A DNA stretch of 64,000 nucleotides from Syntrophaceae bacterium UBA4054 (lineage in GTDB: Bacteria; Desulfobacterota; Syntrophia; Syntrophales; UBA4778), in assembly GCA_002383495.1 (NCBI GenBank), contig DFZO01000001.1, forward strand, positions 4,374-68,373, given 5' to 3'. The notes under the pieces are model-generated. The model did not search any database. It had not been told where the DNA came from and saw only the letters and a list, made by a program, of their open reading frames with translations. The translations under genes were made by a program, and so were the position numbers. Positions 13,828 to 22,406 of the stretch are shown in pieces. Every line of letters starts with the position of its first letter. The first letter of the stretch is position 1.

Positions 13828-15308
13828 ACGCAGAAAAACCGTCCTCTCACATCATTTTCAGGGCCACCGTCATGAGCCGGAAAAAATACCTGCCGGCCGT
13901 CTGCGGCCTTGTCCGCGACTATGCCCTGCTGGAGGGATTGACCGCTGAGGAGGCCGGGCATTTTGAGATCGTCACGGAAGAGGCATGCCTGAACGTCATT
14001 CAGCATGCCTTCGAAGACAAGCCTGACGAATATTTTGATGTCATCGTCGAGACCCGTCCCGCAAGGTTTGTGGTCGCCCTGGAGGACAGGGGATTGCCGA
14101 TGGACTGGAAAGAGATAGCGGGGGATGAACGGGTCGGATTCGGCATACGGCTCATCAAGGCATTCACCGATGAGGTGCGCTTCATCAATCTGGGGCTTCA
14201 GGGAAAACGGATAGAGTTCATCAAGGATTTCTCGCGGGAGAAAAGCCTGCGGGCGGAAGGCGAAGAACGCGACGATGCCGGCGCAGCGGCCGATATCGTC
14301 CGTGAGGATGTTCCAATCGCCATCAGATCGATGCGACCCGATGAAGGACCCGCCCTTGCCCGATGCCTATACCGCGTCTACGGCTACTCCTACATGGAGT
14401 ATGCGTACTTTCCCGAAAAGATCAGGGATCTGATTGAAAGCGGGCTCCAGGTCTCCATGGTGGCGCTGAATCCGGAAAATGAAGTTGTTGCCCACCAGGG
14501 CTACAAGAAAAGCGATCTTGGCAGCCTCGTTGCCGAAATGGGAGCCGGTATTGTTGATCCCCGATACAGAGGCCGGGGGCTCTTCGAAAAAATAAAGAAG
14601 ACGAGCATCGATTACGGGCGCGATCAGGGGCTTTACGGACTGTTCATCGAATCCGTGGCGGTCCATCCCTACTCCCAGAAGGCCAACCGGGCGCTGGGCG
14701 CCAGGGAAACGGGGATCCTCTTCGGTTATCTCCCGATGCGCATCTCGTTCAAAAAGATCGATGAGGCGACGGAGCAGCGCCAGGCCGTTGTCCTCATGTA
14801 CAACAGGCTCAACCGGGAACCGGACCGCACGGTCTACCCCCCCTATCAGCACCGGACCGTCATCGGGAAAATCTATGAGAACGGCGGCTTCCACCGCACC
14901 TTCGGCGAGGCTGCGAAAGCCCGGGACGGGATGGAATTACTTTCGCATGTGGAAATCAACGCGAGTCACGACCTGGGAATGGCCTTCTTCAAATTGATAC
15001 AGTATGGAAAGGATTTTCAGGATTGCATCCGTTACCATTTGCGCGACATGTGTTTGCAGAAAGTCGACTGCATTTTTCTGGACCTGCCGCTCTCAGACCC
15101 CGCCACGGCGCAATCTTGCGCGGCGGCGGAAATGCTGGGGTTCTTCTTTGCCGGGATGATTCCCGAACTCGATAACGGAGATTTTTTGCGTCTCCAGTAT
15201 CTCAACAATGTGAAGATAGATCCGTCGAAAACGGTCGTTGTGTCTGATTTCGGAAAATATCTTTTCGATTATATCTGGAAGGAATGCGAACGGGCTTCCC
15301 GAAAGTAA
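13824..15308 (+). CDS. fusion protein: RsbW/SpoIIAB-like ATPase (anti-sigma-type Ser kinase fold) + GNAT acetyltransferase region
   Basis: 494 aa. The N-terminal ~140 aa have a HATPase-like N-box (EEACLNVIQHAF) and G-boxes (EDRGLPMD, GFGIRLIK). The middle has GNAT-like IVDPRYRGRGLFEKI. Its ATGA start overlaps the stop of the MFS gene. Confidence 0.65.
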   Translation: MNAEKPSSHIIFRATVMSRKKYLPAVCGLVRDYALLEGLTAEEAGHFEIVTEEACLNVIQHAFEDKPDEYFDVIVETRPARFVVALEDRGLPMDWKEIAGDERVGFGIRLIKAFTDEVRFINLGLQGKRIEFIKDFSREKSLRAEGEERDDAGAAADIVREDVPIAIRSMRPDEGPALARCLYRVYGYSYMEYAYFPEKIRDLIESGLQVSMVALNPENEVVAHQGYKKSDLGSLVAEMGAGIVDPRYRGRGLFEKIKKTSIDYGRDQGLYGLFIESVAVHPYSQKANRALGARETGILFGYLPMRISFKKIDEATEQRQAVVLMYNRLNREPDRTVYPPYQHRTVIGKIYENGGFHRTFGEAAKARDGMELLSHVEINASHDLGMAFFKLIQYGKDFQDCIRYHLRDMCLQKVDCIFLDLPLSDPATAQSCAAAEMLGFFFAGMIPELDNGDFLRLQYLNNVKIDPSKTVVVSDFGKYLFDYIWKECERASRK

Positions 15309-15359
15309 TAATGTGATCCTGCATGACCCATTGTTTCACTTATTCCACTTGGTTTTCTT

Positions 15360-15394
15360 CCGTATTAATTAAAAGTTTTTCAAGTATTGTTTTT
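15360..15394 (+). promoter_or_regulatory. conserved 35-nt AT-rich motif with ATTAATTAA core, copy B
   Basis: CCGTATTAATTAAAAGTTTTTCAAGTATTGTTTTT matches 2367-2401 at 30 of 35 positions. It lies ~170 nt upstream of the first pilus subunit gene. Confidence 0.4.
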
Positions 15395-15563
15395 CCATTC
15401 CGTAAATGTCATCAAGTGATTCAGGATGCTGGTCTTCCCCAGGCAGCCGGGTCACACCTGCCACGCATGTGACTTCAGATTAAGCTCAATCCGTTATTGT
15501 TCCGCAAGTGCAACCGGATCAACTCCTGCGGTCGCTTTGCCGGGTATAAGAACAGGGACTTCC

Positions 15564-16064
15564 ATGTTTCGTGTATGCAATCCTCGTCTTATGACCGCTT
15601 TTTTCATTGTGTGGACTGCCATGCTGATGATCCCGGGGGCGGTGCACGCCCAGGTCGGCGAAATCTCAACGATAAGCCTCACCGTGACCGCCAGGGTCAA
15701 AGGATACTGCAGCATTTCCGAGGCCGCTTCGCCCACTCTGCAGTTCGGAAACCAGGACGGCATCTCCGGACCGGAGACGATCACCCGTGAGACGACCATC
15801 GCCTTTGCCTGCACCGCGGATATCCCTTTTGCGATAACCATCGGAGACGGGAACCATTACGGCAGCGGCAGGAGGATGAAGCATAAATCAAAAAATGAAT
15901 ACATTCCTTACGATCTCGCCGTGTCGCCGTCATCCGGTACGGGAAGGGGAACGTCGACGGAAATCACGAGCACCCTCACCGGGACCATACAGAAATCAAC
16001 GCTCAAGACTATTCCCGTTGGAGACTACGATGACGCCGTTATTGTCACCATCGAAGCAAAATAA
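15564..16064 (+). CDS. spore-coat-U (SCPU)/Csu-type fimbrial subunit 1
   Basis: The track ORF 15426-16064 has its likely start at MFRVCNPRLMTAFFIVWTAMLMIPGAVHA (15564, or 15591). It has a signal peptide and SCPU hallmarks: Cys pair, RRMKHKSKNEYIPYDLA, GDYDDAVIVTIE. Confidence 0.8.
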   Translation: MFRVCNPRLMTAFFIVWTAMLMIPGAVHAQVGEISTISLTVTARVKGYCSISEAASPTLQFGNQDGISGPETITRETTIAFACTADIPFAITIGDGNHYGSGRRMKHKSKNEYIPYDLAVSPSSGTGRGTSTEITSTLTGTIQKSTLKTIPVGDYDDAVIVTIEAK

Positions 16065-16135
16065 CAATCCCAAGACGGAGCATGAAGGCCGTCGGATCTG
16101 TTTTTTCGTCACCCTATTTGAAAGGAGGGTTCACC

Positions 16136-16621
16136 ATGTTACAGAATAAGAAAGGGTTTCTTTTATCCGTGCTCGGTTTCCTGAGCATTTTCATTGTCGC
16201 GACCGCCGGCGTGTCTTACGGTGGCAACACCGTTACGGTCCCGGTAAAGGTGAATCTCGTGGGGTCATGCGACATACAGAACACTCCCGAAATCAATTTC
16301 GGCGACGTCAATCCCCTCGATGCAGCAACGGACCACACAAACACCAGCGCGCTGAACTTCACCTGCAGCTCCGGTACGACATACAAGATCGAGTTGGACA
16401 AAGGCAAATACTACAAGGACACCGATAAGAGAATGAAGCACGAATCCAAGGACAATTACATTGTTTACGGCCTGAGCACTCCCTGCTCGACCGGTACAGG
16501 AACAGGTTCCCAGGTGTCATGCGATATCACGGGAACGATTTCCAAAAACGTATCCCTGAAAGACAACCCAGTGGGAAAGTACAACGACGATGTCATCGTT
16601 ACCATTACAGCGACCAATTGA
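16136..16621 (+). CDS. SCPU/Csu-type fimbrial subunit 2
   Basis: The ATG at 16136 lies 6 nt after AAGGAGGG; the track ORF starts at 16082. It has a signal peptide, KRMKHESKDNYIVYGLS and GKYNDDVIVTITA. Confidence 0.85.
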   Translation: MLQNKKGFLLSVLGFLSIFIVATAGVSYGGNTVTVPVKVNLVGSCDIQNTPEINFGDVNPLDAATDHTNTSALNFTCSSGTTYKIELDKGKYYKDTDKRMKHESKDNYIVYGLSTPCSTGTGTGSQVSCDITGTISKNVSLKDNPVGKYNDDVIVTITATN

Positions 16622-17411
16622 TGCGACGCAGCCCCGGATCCTGCGCGGGAGCGTCCTTTTCATCTTTCTGTTTGCCGCAATCGCCGGCTGCCTATCTCAG
16701 GCTCGCCCCGCCGTTGCATACTCCGGGAAATGGGCCATCTCTCCCGTCACGATCGATCTCGACCGCAAGGTTCGTTCCGCCGTTGTCACTATTTACAACC
16801 AGGGACAGGGGGCCGGCGAGTTCGAGGTGAAGGTCACGGAGTGGAGCCAGAACGACAGGGGAGAGGATGTCCAGTCTCCCACAAAGGACATCATTTATTT
16901 CCCGAGATTTCTGAAGATCCCCAAAAATGAATCCAGGATCATCCGGCTGGCTGCCCGGACGCCCGCGGTGCGTAACGAAAAAACCTACCGGCTCATTGTG
17001 GCAGAACTCCCAGACAGGAGCGAGCCTAAGGCCACCGGCGTGAGTTTTCAATTTCAGTTCTCGATTCCCTTCTTCGTCCTCCCTCCGAACAAGGTCGTAA
17101 AGGGAAAGATTCTCAACAGCGGAGTGTCCGGCGGAGAGGTGCGGACGACCGTATCGAACGAAGGGAACACCCGGTTTCGCGTTGATTCCGTAACTGTTCA
17201 GGGGAAGAACTTGAAAGACGAGATCCTCTTCGAGAAAACCATTACGGGCTGGTATATCCTGGCCGGCGCGTCAAAAGTTTATTCCGTACCTGTCCCCGCG
17301 GACAAATGCGCAGGGTTGGCAACGGCGGATATCACAATCAAGGCACGCGATCTGATCCTCAAAGATACCGTCGCCATGGATAGGGCCGCATGCGGCAAGG
17401 GCAAACAGTAA
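16590..17411 (+). CDS. fimbrial periplasmic chaperone (PapD-like)
   Basis: 273 aa with a signal peptide. It shows an Ig-like chaperone pattern (AISPVTIDLD...VVTIYNQG...IIYFPRFLKIPKNESRIIRL). It sits between subunit and usher genes. The exact start is uncertain. Confidence 0.8.
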   Translation: MSSLPLQRPIDATQPRILRGSVLFIFLFAAIAGCLSQARPAVAYSGKWAISPVTIDLDRKVRSAVVTIYNQGQGAGEFEVKVTEWSQNDRGEDVQSPTKDIIYFPRFLKIPKNESRIIRLAARTPAVRNEKTYRLIVAELPDRSEPKATGVSFQFQFSIPFFVLPPNKVVKGKILNSGVSGGEVRTTVSNEGNTRFRVDSVTVQGKNLKDEILFEKTITGWYILAGASKVYSVPVPADKCAGLATADITIKARDLILKDTVAMDRAACGKGKQ

Positions 17412-19798
17412 TTCATGATCGCCCGCCGCGCGGGTTGAACGTTTTTATAGCGGCCTTTCTTTCCATCCTCCTGGTTTCGGGCGGTTACGGCCTCGCACAG
17501 GACGGACTTGAATGGGTTCCGATCAGGCTCGTCCTTAATCACATCGAAAAGGGAGACTGCGACGCGCTGATGACCAAAGACGGTGATTTCTTCCTTCTCG
17601 AAGAAGATATGAAAAGGTTCGGCATAAACGCATTTTCGTCTCGAAGCATGGTATTCAACAAACGTGTTTTCAGATCGCTGCGTTCCATAACCGGTGTCAT
17701 CTGCCGCTTCGATGAAAAGACCGTCACTCTCGATGTCACGGTGCCGCCGTCTTTCCTCCCGAATCAGGTCATCGACTTCGTCTCGCGTCCCATGTCAGAC
17801 GTGCATGTGCCCCGCAACAACCGCAGCGCCTTCCTGAATTACGGCTTCAGCTACGATACCGAAGACTTTCAGCGCAATGCCGCTTTCAACATCTCAAACC
17901 AGCTCGGAATAAACATTAAAGATTACACTTTCCTCACCGAATCATCCTACTCACAGAATCGCAATTCCAAAAGTTTCGTAAGGCTCCTGTCCAGTCTCAG
18001 CCGGGATTCACGGAACGACATGACAAGAACCACCTTCGGTGATTTCTTTACATCTTCAGGCAGCCTTGGCGGCTACATGAACATGGGCGGCGTCAGTTAC
18101 TCCCGGGTCTTTCGCATCAACCCCTATTTTGTCAGGGATCCCGCATTCAATTTTTCGGGACTCGCGCCCTTCGCGACACAGGCCGACCTCTACATAGACG
18201 GTATGCTCGTCAGGAGTCAGAAACTTCAGCCCGGCCGTTTCGAGCTGCGCAACTTATCCTATTACGGCGGCTACCGTAATGTGGAAATCGTCCTCAAGGA
18301 TGCCTTCGGAAGAGAAGAGCGAATCCTGGTCCCCTTTTACTTCTCAAATATCATGCTCAAAGAGGGACTCCATGGGTTCAGTTACAACCTCGGATTCATC
18401 CGAAATGATTATGGTCTGGAGAGCAACCATTACACCATCCCCGGATTCAGCGCTTACCACCGCTACGGGATGAACGACCGCTGGACTGTCGGGTTCCGGG
18501 GTGAAGGCACCGGCGACCTGTTGAACGCAGGCCCGGAGACCTCCATAACACTCGGCAGCGCCGGCATCGTGACGCTGGCGGGCGCGTACAGTCTTGCAAG
18601 AGACGCCGCGGACGGCATGGCCGGACTTCTCACGTACGGCTTCCAGCGGAAATGGTTCAGTGCGCGCTTCCTTCTGCAGGGCTTCAGCCATGATTACCGT
18701 ACGGCGTCCGACAACGGAAATACCCTGTCTCCTGTTTCTATGCCGCGTTCACTGGCAAGCGGCGGCATCGGCATTTCCATGGGCAGGATCGGATCGCTGT
18801 CCTTCGACTATACCCGCACGGAAAGATGGGACTCCCTTGCGGACTCAACGGCGGAGACCGTCACGTACTCGACCAACCTTGGAAAATCGTCCACCCTGCA
18901 GGTTACGTTTAGACATGAAAACGGAGCAAACAGCGATATGCAGTTCTTCGTCAGCCTCAATTTCTATCCCTGGCGGGATCACCAGGTCTACGCAAAGGCA
19001 TCCAGGAACGGGAACTCGGAAACACAGGGCGTGCAGATCGATAAGACCGTACCCCAGGGAGAAGGATACGGGTACAGGGTCTCCATGGACAGAAGCAAAA
19101 CGGACGCGTCGGACGCCGCATACACTTTCAATCCCTATGTCCGGTACAACGGGCGATACGGCATCTACTCCGCCGATTATCGTGCTACACAGTCCGGGTC
19201 GGATCGTTCCGGAACCGGGCAGCTGACGGCATCCGGGGCACTGGCTTACATCGACGGTTCCATAGGCGCCACGAGGCCCATCTACGACAGCTTCGCGCTG
19301 GTCAAGTTGGAAGGGCTCAAAGATATCAACGTACTATCCGCCAACCAGCCCATGGGCAAGACTGACTCAAGCGGCCGCGTTTTCTTACCGAATCTCAGCT
19401 CCTATTACAGCAACCAGGTCGCCGTGGACGCCGCGGACATTCCTATGAATTACGGCGTGTCGAACGTCGTCAAGTATGTATCCCCGTGGTACAGGGGCGG
19501 CGCCGTGGTCGATTTCGCGCCGGCCAGGATCCAGGCGGTCACGGGCACCCTCGCCGTGACGGCTCACGGCAAGCGCTCCCCTGTCGAATTCCAGGATCTC
19601 GCCGCCCGCGTCGACGGCGTCGAAAAATCGATTCCGACCGGCCGGGAGGGCGAGTTTTACATCGAAGACATGGCTCCCGGCCCTCATATCCTGTCTTTCC
19701 TGTACGACGGCCGCATGCGCACCTGTACATTCGACGTGCCGGCAAACGATGAACCCATCACCGATCTGGGAGGCGTTGTCTGTGAATCTTATAATTAA
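17390..19798 (+). CDS. fimbrial outer-membrane usher
   Basis: 802 aa. The size, its position after the chaperone and the beta-rich Y/G/S/N composition are typical of ushers. It overlaps the chaperone's 3' end. Confidence 0.8.
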   Translation: MRQGQTVIHDRPPRGLNVFIAAFLSILLVSGGYGLAQDGLEWVPIRLVLNHIEKGDCDALMTKDGDFFLLEEDMKRFGINAFSSRSMVFNKRVFRSLRSITGVICRFDEKTVTLDVTVPPSFLPNQVIDFVSRPMSDVHVPRNNRSAFLNYGFSYDTEDFQRNAAFNISNQLGINIKDYTFLTESSYSQNRNSKSFVRLLSSLSRDSRNDMTRTTFGDFFTSSGSLGGYMNMGGVSYSRVFRINPYFVRDPAFNFSGLAPFATQADLYIDGMLVRSQKLQPGRFELRNLSYYGGYRNVEIVLKDAFGREERILVPFYFSNIMLKEGLHGFSYNLGFIRNDYGLESNHYTIPGFSAYHRYGMNDRWTVGFRGEGTGDLLNAGPETSITLGSAGIVTLAGAYSLARDAADGMAGLLTYGFQRKWFSARFLLQGFSHDYRTASDNGNTLSPVSMPRSLASGGIGISMGRIGSLSFDYTRTERWDSLADSTAETVTYSTNLGKSSTLQVTFRHENGANSDMQFFVSLNFYPWRDHQVYAKASRNGNSETQGVQIDKTVPQGEGYGYRVSMDRSKTDASDAAYTFNPYVRYNGRYGIYSADYRATQSGSDRSGTGQLTASGALAYIDGSIGATRPIYDSFALVKLEGLKDINVLSANQPMGKTDSSGRVFLPNLSSYYSNQVAVDAADIPMNYGVSNVVKYVSPWYRGGAVVDFAPARIQAVTGTLAVTAHGKRSPVEFQDLAARVDGVEKSIPTGREGEFYIEDMAPGPHILSFLYDGRMRTCTFDVPANDEPITDLGGVVCESYN

Positions 19799-20297
19799 AA
19801 TTACATTTACGGCGTTGTTAGCCGCCGTCCCGTGTTTGTCCTCGGCATTTGCCCAGGACCCGCAGCCGCTGCGGTGCACTATTACCATGGGCAACGTCGA
19901 CTTCGGATACATCGACGTATGGAAAACGTCGACAAAAGAAGTCACTGCAATCGGGCGCATCGAGTGCAACCGGACGCCGCAATATGTTATGAGAGTGTAT
20001 GTTCGAATGGGCTTTTACAGTGTGGGATCTTCGAGGCAAATGAAACGCTTCAATCCAACGACCAGCGATTATATCCGCTACGGGCTGTATAAAGAAGACG
20101 GAATGGAGCTCGTGGATATCGAATCGTCCACGTCGTACATAGATATTACGCAGGGATGTTTTAGCGGCAACACATTCTGCAACTTCAATATAAAGGGCAA
20201 AGTCACCCGTTACTCTCCAGAAACATACTGGGATTTATACTACGGATCTTACAGCGACCTTATAGGTCTTAATCTCCGCTACGGGTCGGAATATTGA
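19782..20297 (+). CDS. SCPU/Csu-type fimbrial subunit 3
   Basis: An in-frame GTG at 19782 lies 8 nt after GGGAGG; the track ORF starts at 19749, inside the usher gene. The signal peptide is ..ALLAAVPCLSSAFA. It has RQMKRFNPTTSDYIRYGLY. Confidence 0.75.
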   Translation: MNLIIKITFTALLAAVPCLSSAFAQDPQPLRCTITMGNVDFGYIDVWKTSTKEVTAIGRIECNRTPQYVMRVYVRMGFYSVGSSRQMKRFNPTTSDYIRYGLYKEDGMELVDIESSTSYIDITQGCFSGNTFCNFNIKGKVTRYSPETYWDLYYGSYSDLIGLNLRYGSEY

Positions 20298-20834
20298 ATG
20301 AACCTCCTTGAAAGGTCAAAACTTATGAACCCAAAACCAGCCCGCATGAAGCTCCTTCTCCTGACGGTTTTAACGTTGCTTCCAACCTTCGCTATTCAAT
20401 ACATCACTCCCGACGCCAGCGCGGCGGGCACGTCTCAATCAACCGTCACGATATCTCTTACGAAGGATTCGTATTGCTCGTTTACGACCAGCTCCATGAA
20501 CGTGTCGTTGCCGACCCCTCATCCGTTTTACCCCCAGAATATCCTGGAAAATGCTTCGCTTGAATTCATCTGTACGGAGACGGGCACATTGCTCGATTGG
20601 CAGATAGGCCCCGGCCAGTGGAGTCAGGGAAGCCTGCATAGAATGCGCCTGCAGGACAGGGAATCCTACCTCCCCTACTCCATCGTCTTCAACCCGCCCC
20701 CGCCCATACGGGCCGGTGCGAATCTCGCCGAAACGGCCAGGGTCCGGTTCGCCGTGACGGTCGATCGATCGGACATCACGGCGGCACCGGCCGGCATCTA
20801 CACCGACAGCGTCGCCTTCACGCTGTCCTATTGA
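20298..20834 (+). CDS. SCPU/Csu-type fimbrial subunit 4
   Basis: 178 aa with a signal peptide (a later Met is a possible start). It has HRMRLQDRESYLPYSIV and GIYTDSVAFTLSY. Confidence 0.75.
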   Translation: MNLLERSKLMNPKPARMKLLLLTVLTLLPTFAIQYITPDASAAGTSQSTVTISLTKDSYCSFTTSSMNVSLPTPHPFYPQNILENASLEFICTETGTLLDWQIGPGQWSQGSLHRMRLQDRESYLPYSIVFNPPPPIRAGANLAETARVRFAVTVDRSDITAAPAGIYTDSVAFTLSY

Positions 20835-21394
20835 GGGAAGCCATGCACCCCTGCTTCAAGGCATCCACCGATCTCCCCGGACGCGTACAACGCGCAGCCC
20901 AAAAACGCCGGCACCTTTGCAAAGCATTTCTCCTTTTCTGTTTCATTTCAGCCGTCTTATCTATTCCGCCCCGACCGGCACACGCCGAAAATAGAGAAGT
21001 CTGGGCTGAAACGACGTCCCGTGTATCAACCACTGTCATTCAGTCATGTTCTGTGACGAGTCCACAAACAGTGTCGTTCCCCGATCTCGATCCGTCCATA
21101 GGCAACGTCCACACCGTCTTCCATGCGCATTTCTGTTGCACTAACGGATCCAGTTACAGAATCACCATGAATATGGGCTTATATGAGGCCGGCGGCAGAA
21201 GAAGAATAAAACACGAGTTCAAGGATAGCTATATCCCTTACAATCTCGTTATTAATTTCAACTCCGGCACTGGATCGGGATCTTATCCTATTTCGCACAT
21301 CCTGGAGAGCGATGTGTACGCCATTGATATCGCCGGCGCACCCCTGGGAAGCTACAGCGACACCATCATCATCACGATCACGCCCTCGTATTGA
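20831..21394 (+). CDS. SCPU/Csu-type fimbrial subunit 5
   Basis: 187 aa with a hydrophobic signal-like segment after a basic N-terminus. It has RRRIKHEFKDSYIPYNLV and GSYSDTIIITITP. Confidence 0.75.
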   Translation: MREAMHPCFKASTDLPGRVQRAAQKRRHLCKAFLLFCFISAVLSIPPRPAHAENREVWAETTSRVSTTVIQSCSVTSPQTVSFPDLDPSIGNVHTVFHAHFCCTNGSSYRITMNMGLYEAGGRRRIKHEFKDSYIPYNLVINFNSGTGSGSYPISHILESDVYAIDIAGAPLGSYSDTIIITITPSY

Positions 21395-21799
21395 CCACCC
21401 CTGAATCGGAAGTCCCACAAGAAACTTTCTGGTCATTTTTCCAACAGATTTGCACGAAGTTCGTTCCGGATAAGCGGAGCCACTGCTGTCCGATTAATCA
21501 TCTCCCTGGGTAACATTTAATGTGAGGCAATTCGTTGCAATAACGCATCCCCGCTTCAACTCTCTTGAGCCCCTGCTCACCGTCGATTAATGAACCCCTA
21601 GTTCATCCAACGTTAACCGCCCGGCATATCTGCGCTTGAGGAATCTACCTGAACTCTGTTTTTCTGATCTTCTTATCCCTTCCCAACAACTGTCTCTCTC
21701 AAGCATATCAGAAAACATGGATTTCATGAGTCAGTCGATCGACTTGATATCTTGACTTTTCATTGATTTCTTAATATTCGTTTATCAACTTCAATAATC

Positions 21800-22375
21800 A
21801 TGGGTCGGTTCACTGTGCGAAAAATCATAGCCGCAATATTATTCATCTATACAATAATCCCTCCTTTCATGGATATTTGTGCGCCTTCCCACGCCGCTGA
21901 GCTGACGCTCAGAAACACGCCTGTCAAGGTCTTCTTCAGCCCGAAAGGAGGCTGCACGGAAGCCATCATTGCGGAGATCGATCGGGCAAAGACGGAAATC
22001 CTCATTCAGGCCTACTCCTTCACCTCCGCTCCCATAGCAAAGGCCTTGCTGAATGCGCATAAACGCGGCGTAAAAGTTGAGGCCGTGCTGGACAAAAGTC
22101 AGAGGAGGGAAAGATACACGTCGGCAACGTTTTTATCAAACGCCGGAATACCGACGTACATAGATGACAGGCACGCCATTGCGCACAACAAGGTAATGAT
22201 CATAGACGGCGGGATTGTCATCACCGGCTCGTTCAATTTCACGAAAGCCGCTGAGGAAAAAAACGCGGAGAATCTTTTGATTATCAGATCAGGAGAACTG
22301 GCGGAGCTGTATCGGAAAAACTGGACCCTGCATCGGAATCATTCCGTGGATTACCGGGGACCGGGGTCCGACTGA
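21800..22375 (+). CDS. secreted phospholipase-D-superfamily endonuclease (Nuc-like, single HKD motif)
   Basis: 191 aa with a signal peptide. The HKD motif is AIAHNKVMIIDGGIVITGSFNFT, and the size fits Nuc-type dimers. Confidence 0.8.
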   Translation: MGRFTVRKIIAAILFIYTIIPPFMDICAPSHAAELTLRNTPVKVFFSPKGGCTEAIIAEIDRAKTEILIQAYSFTSAPIAKALLNAHKRGVKVEAVLDKSQRRERYTSATFLSNAGIPTYIDDRHAIAHNKVMIIDGGIVITGSFNFTKAAEEKNAENLLIIRSGELAELYRKNWTLHRNHSVDYRGPGSD

Positions 22376-22406
22376 AAGGAAAAAACGCGGAAAGAGAAAA
22401 GATAGC

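Noticed and set aside
15426-15563. N-terminal 46-codon extension of the first pilus subunit ORF (MLVFPRQPGHTCHACDF...).
   Set aside because: The extension precedes the recognisable signal peptide and has an odd composition. The internal Met at 15564 (or 15591) gives a normal signal peptide.
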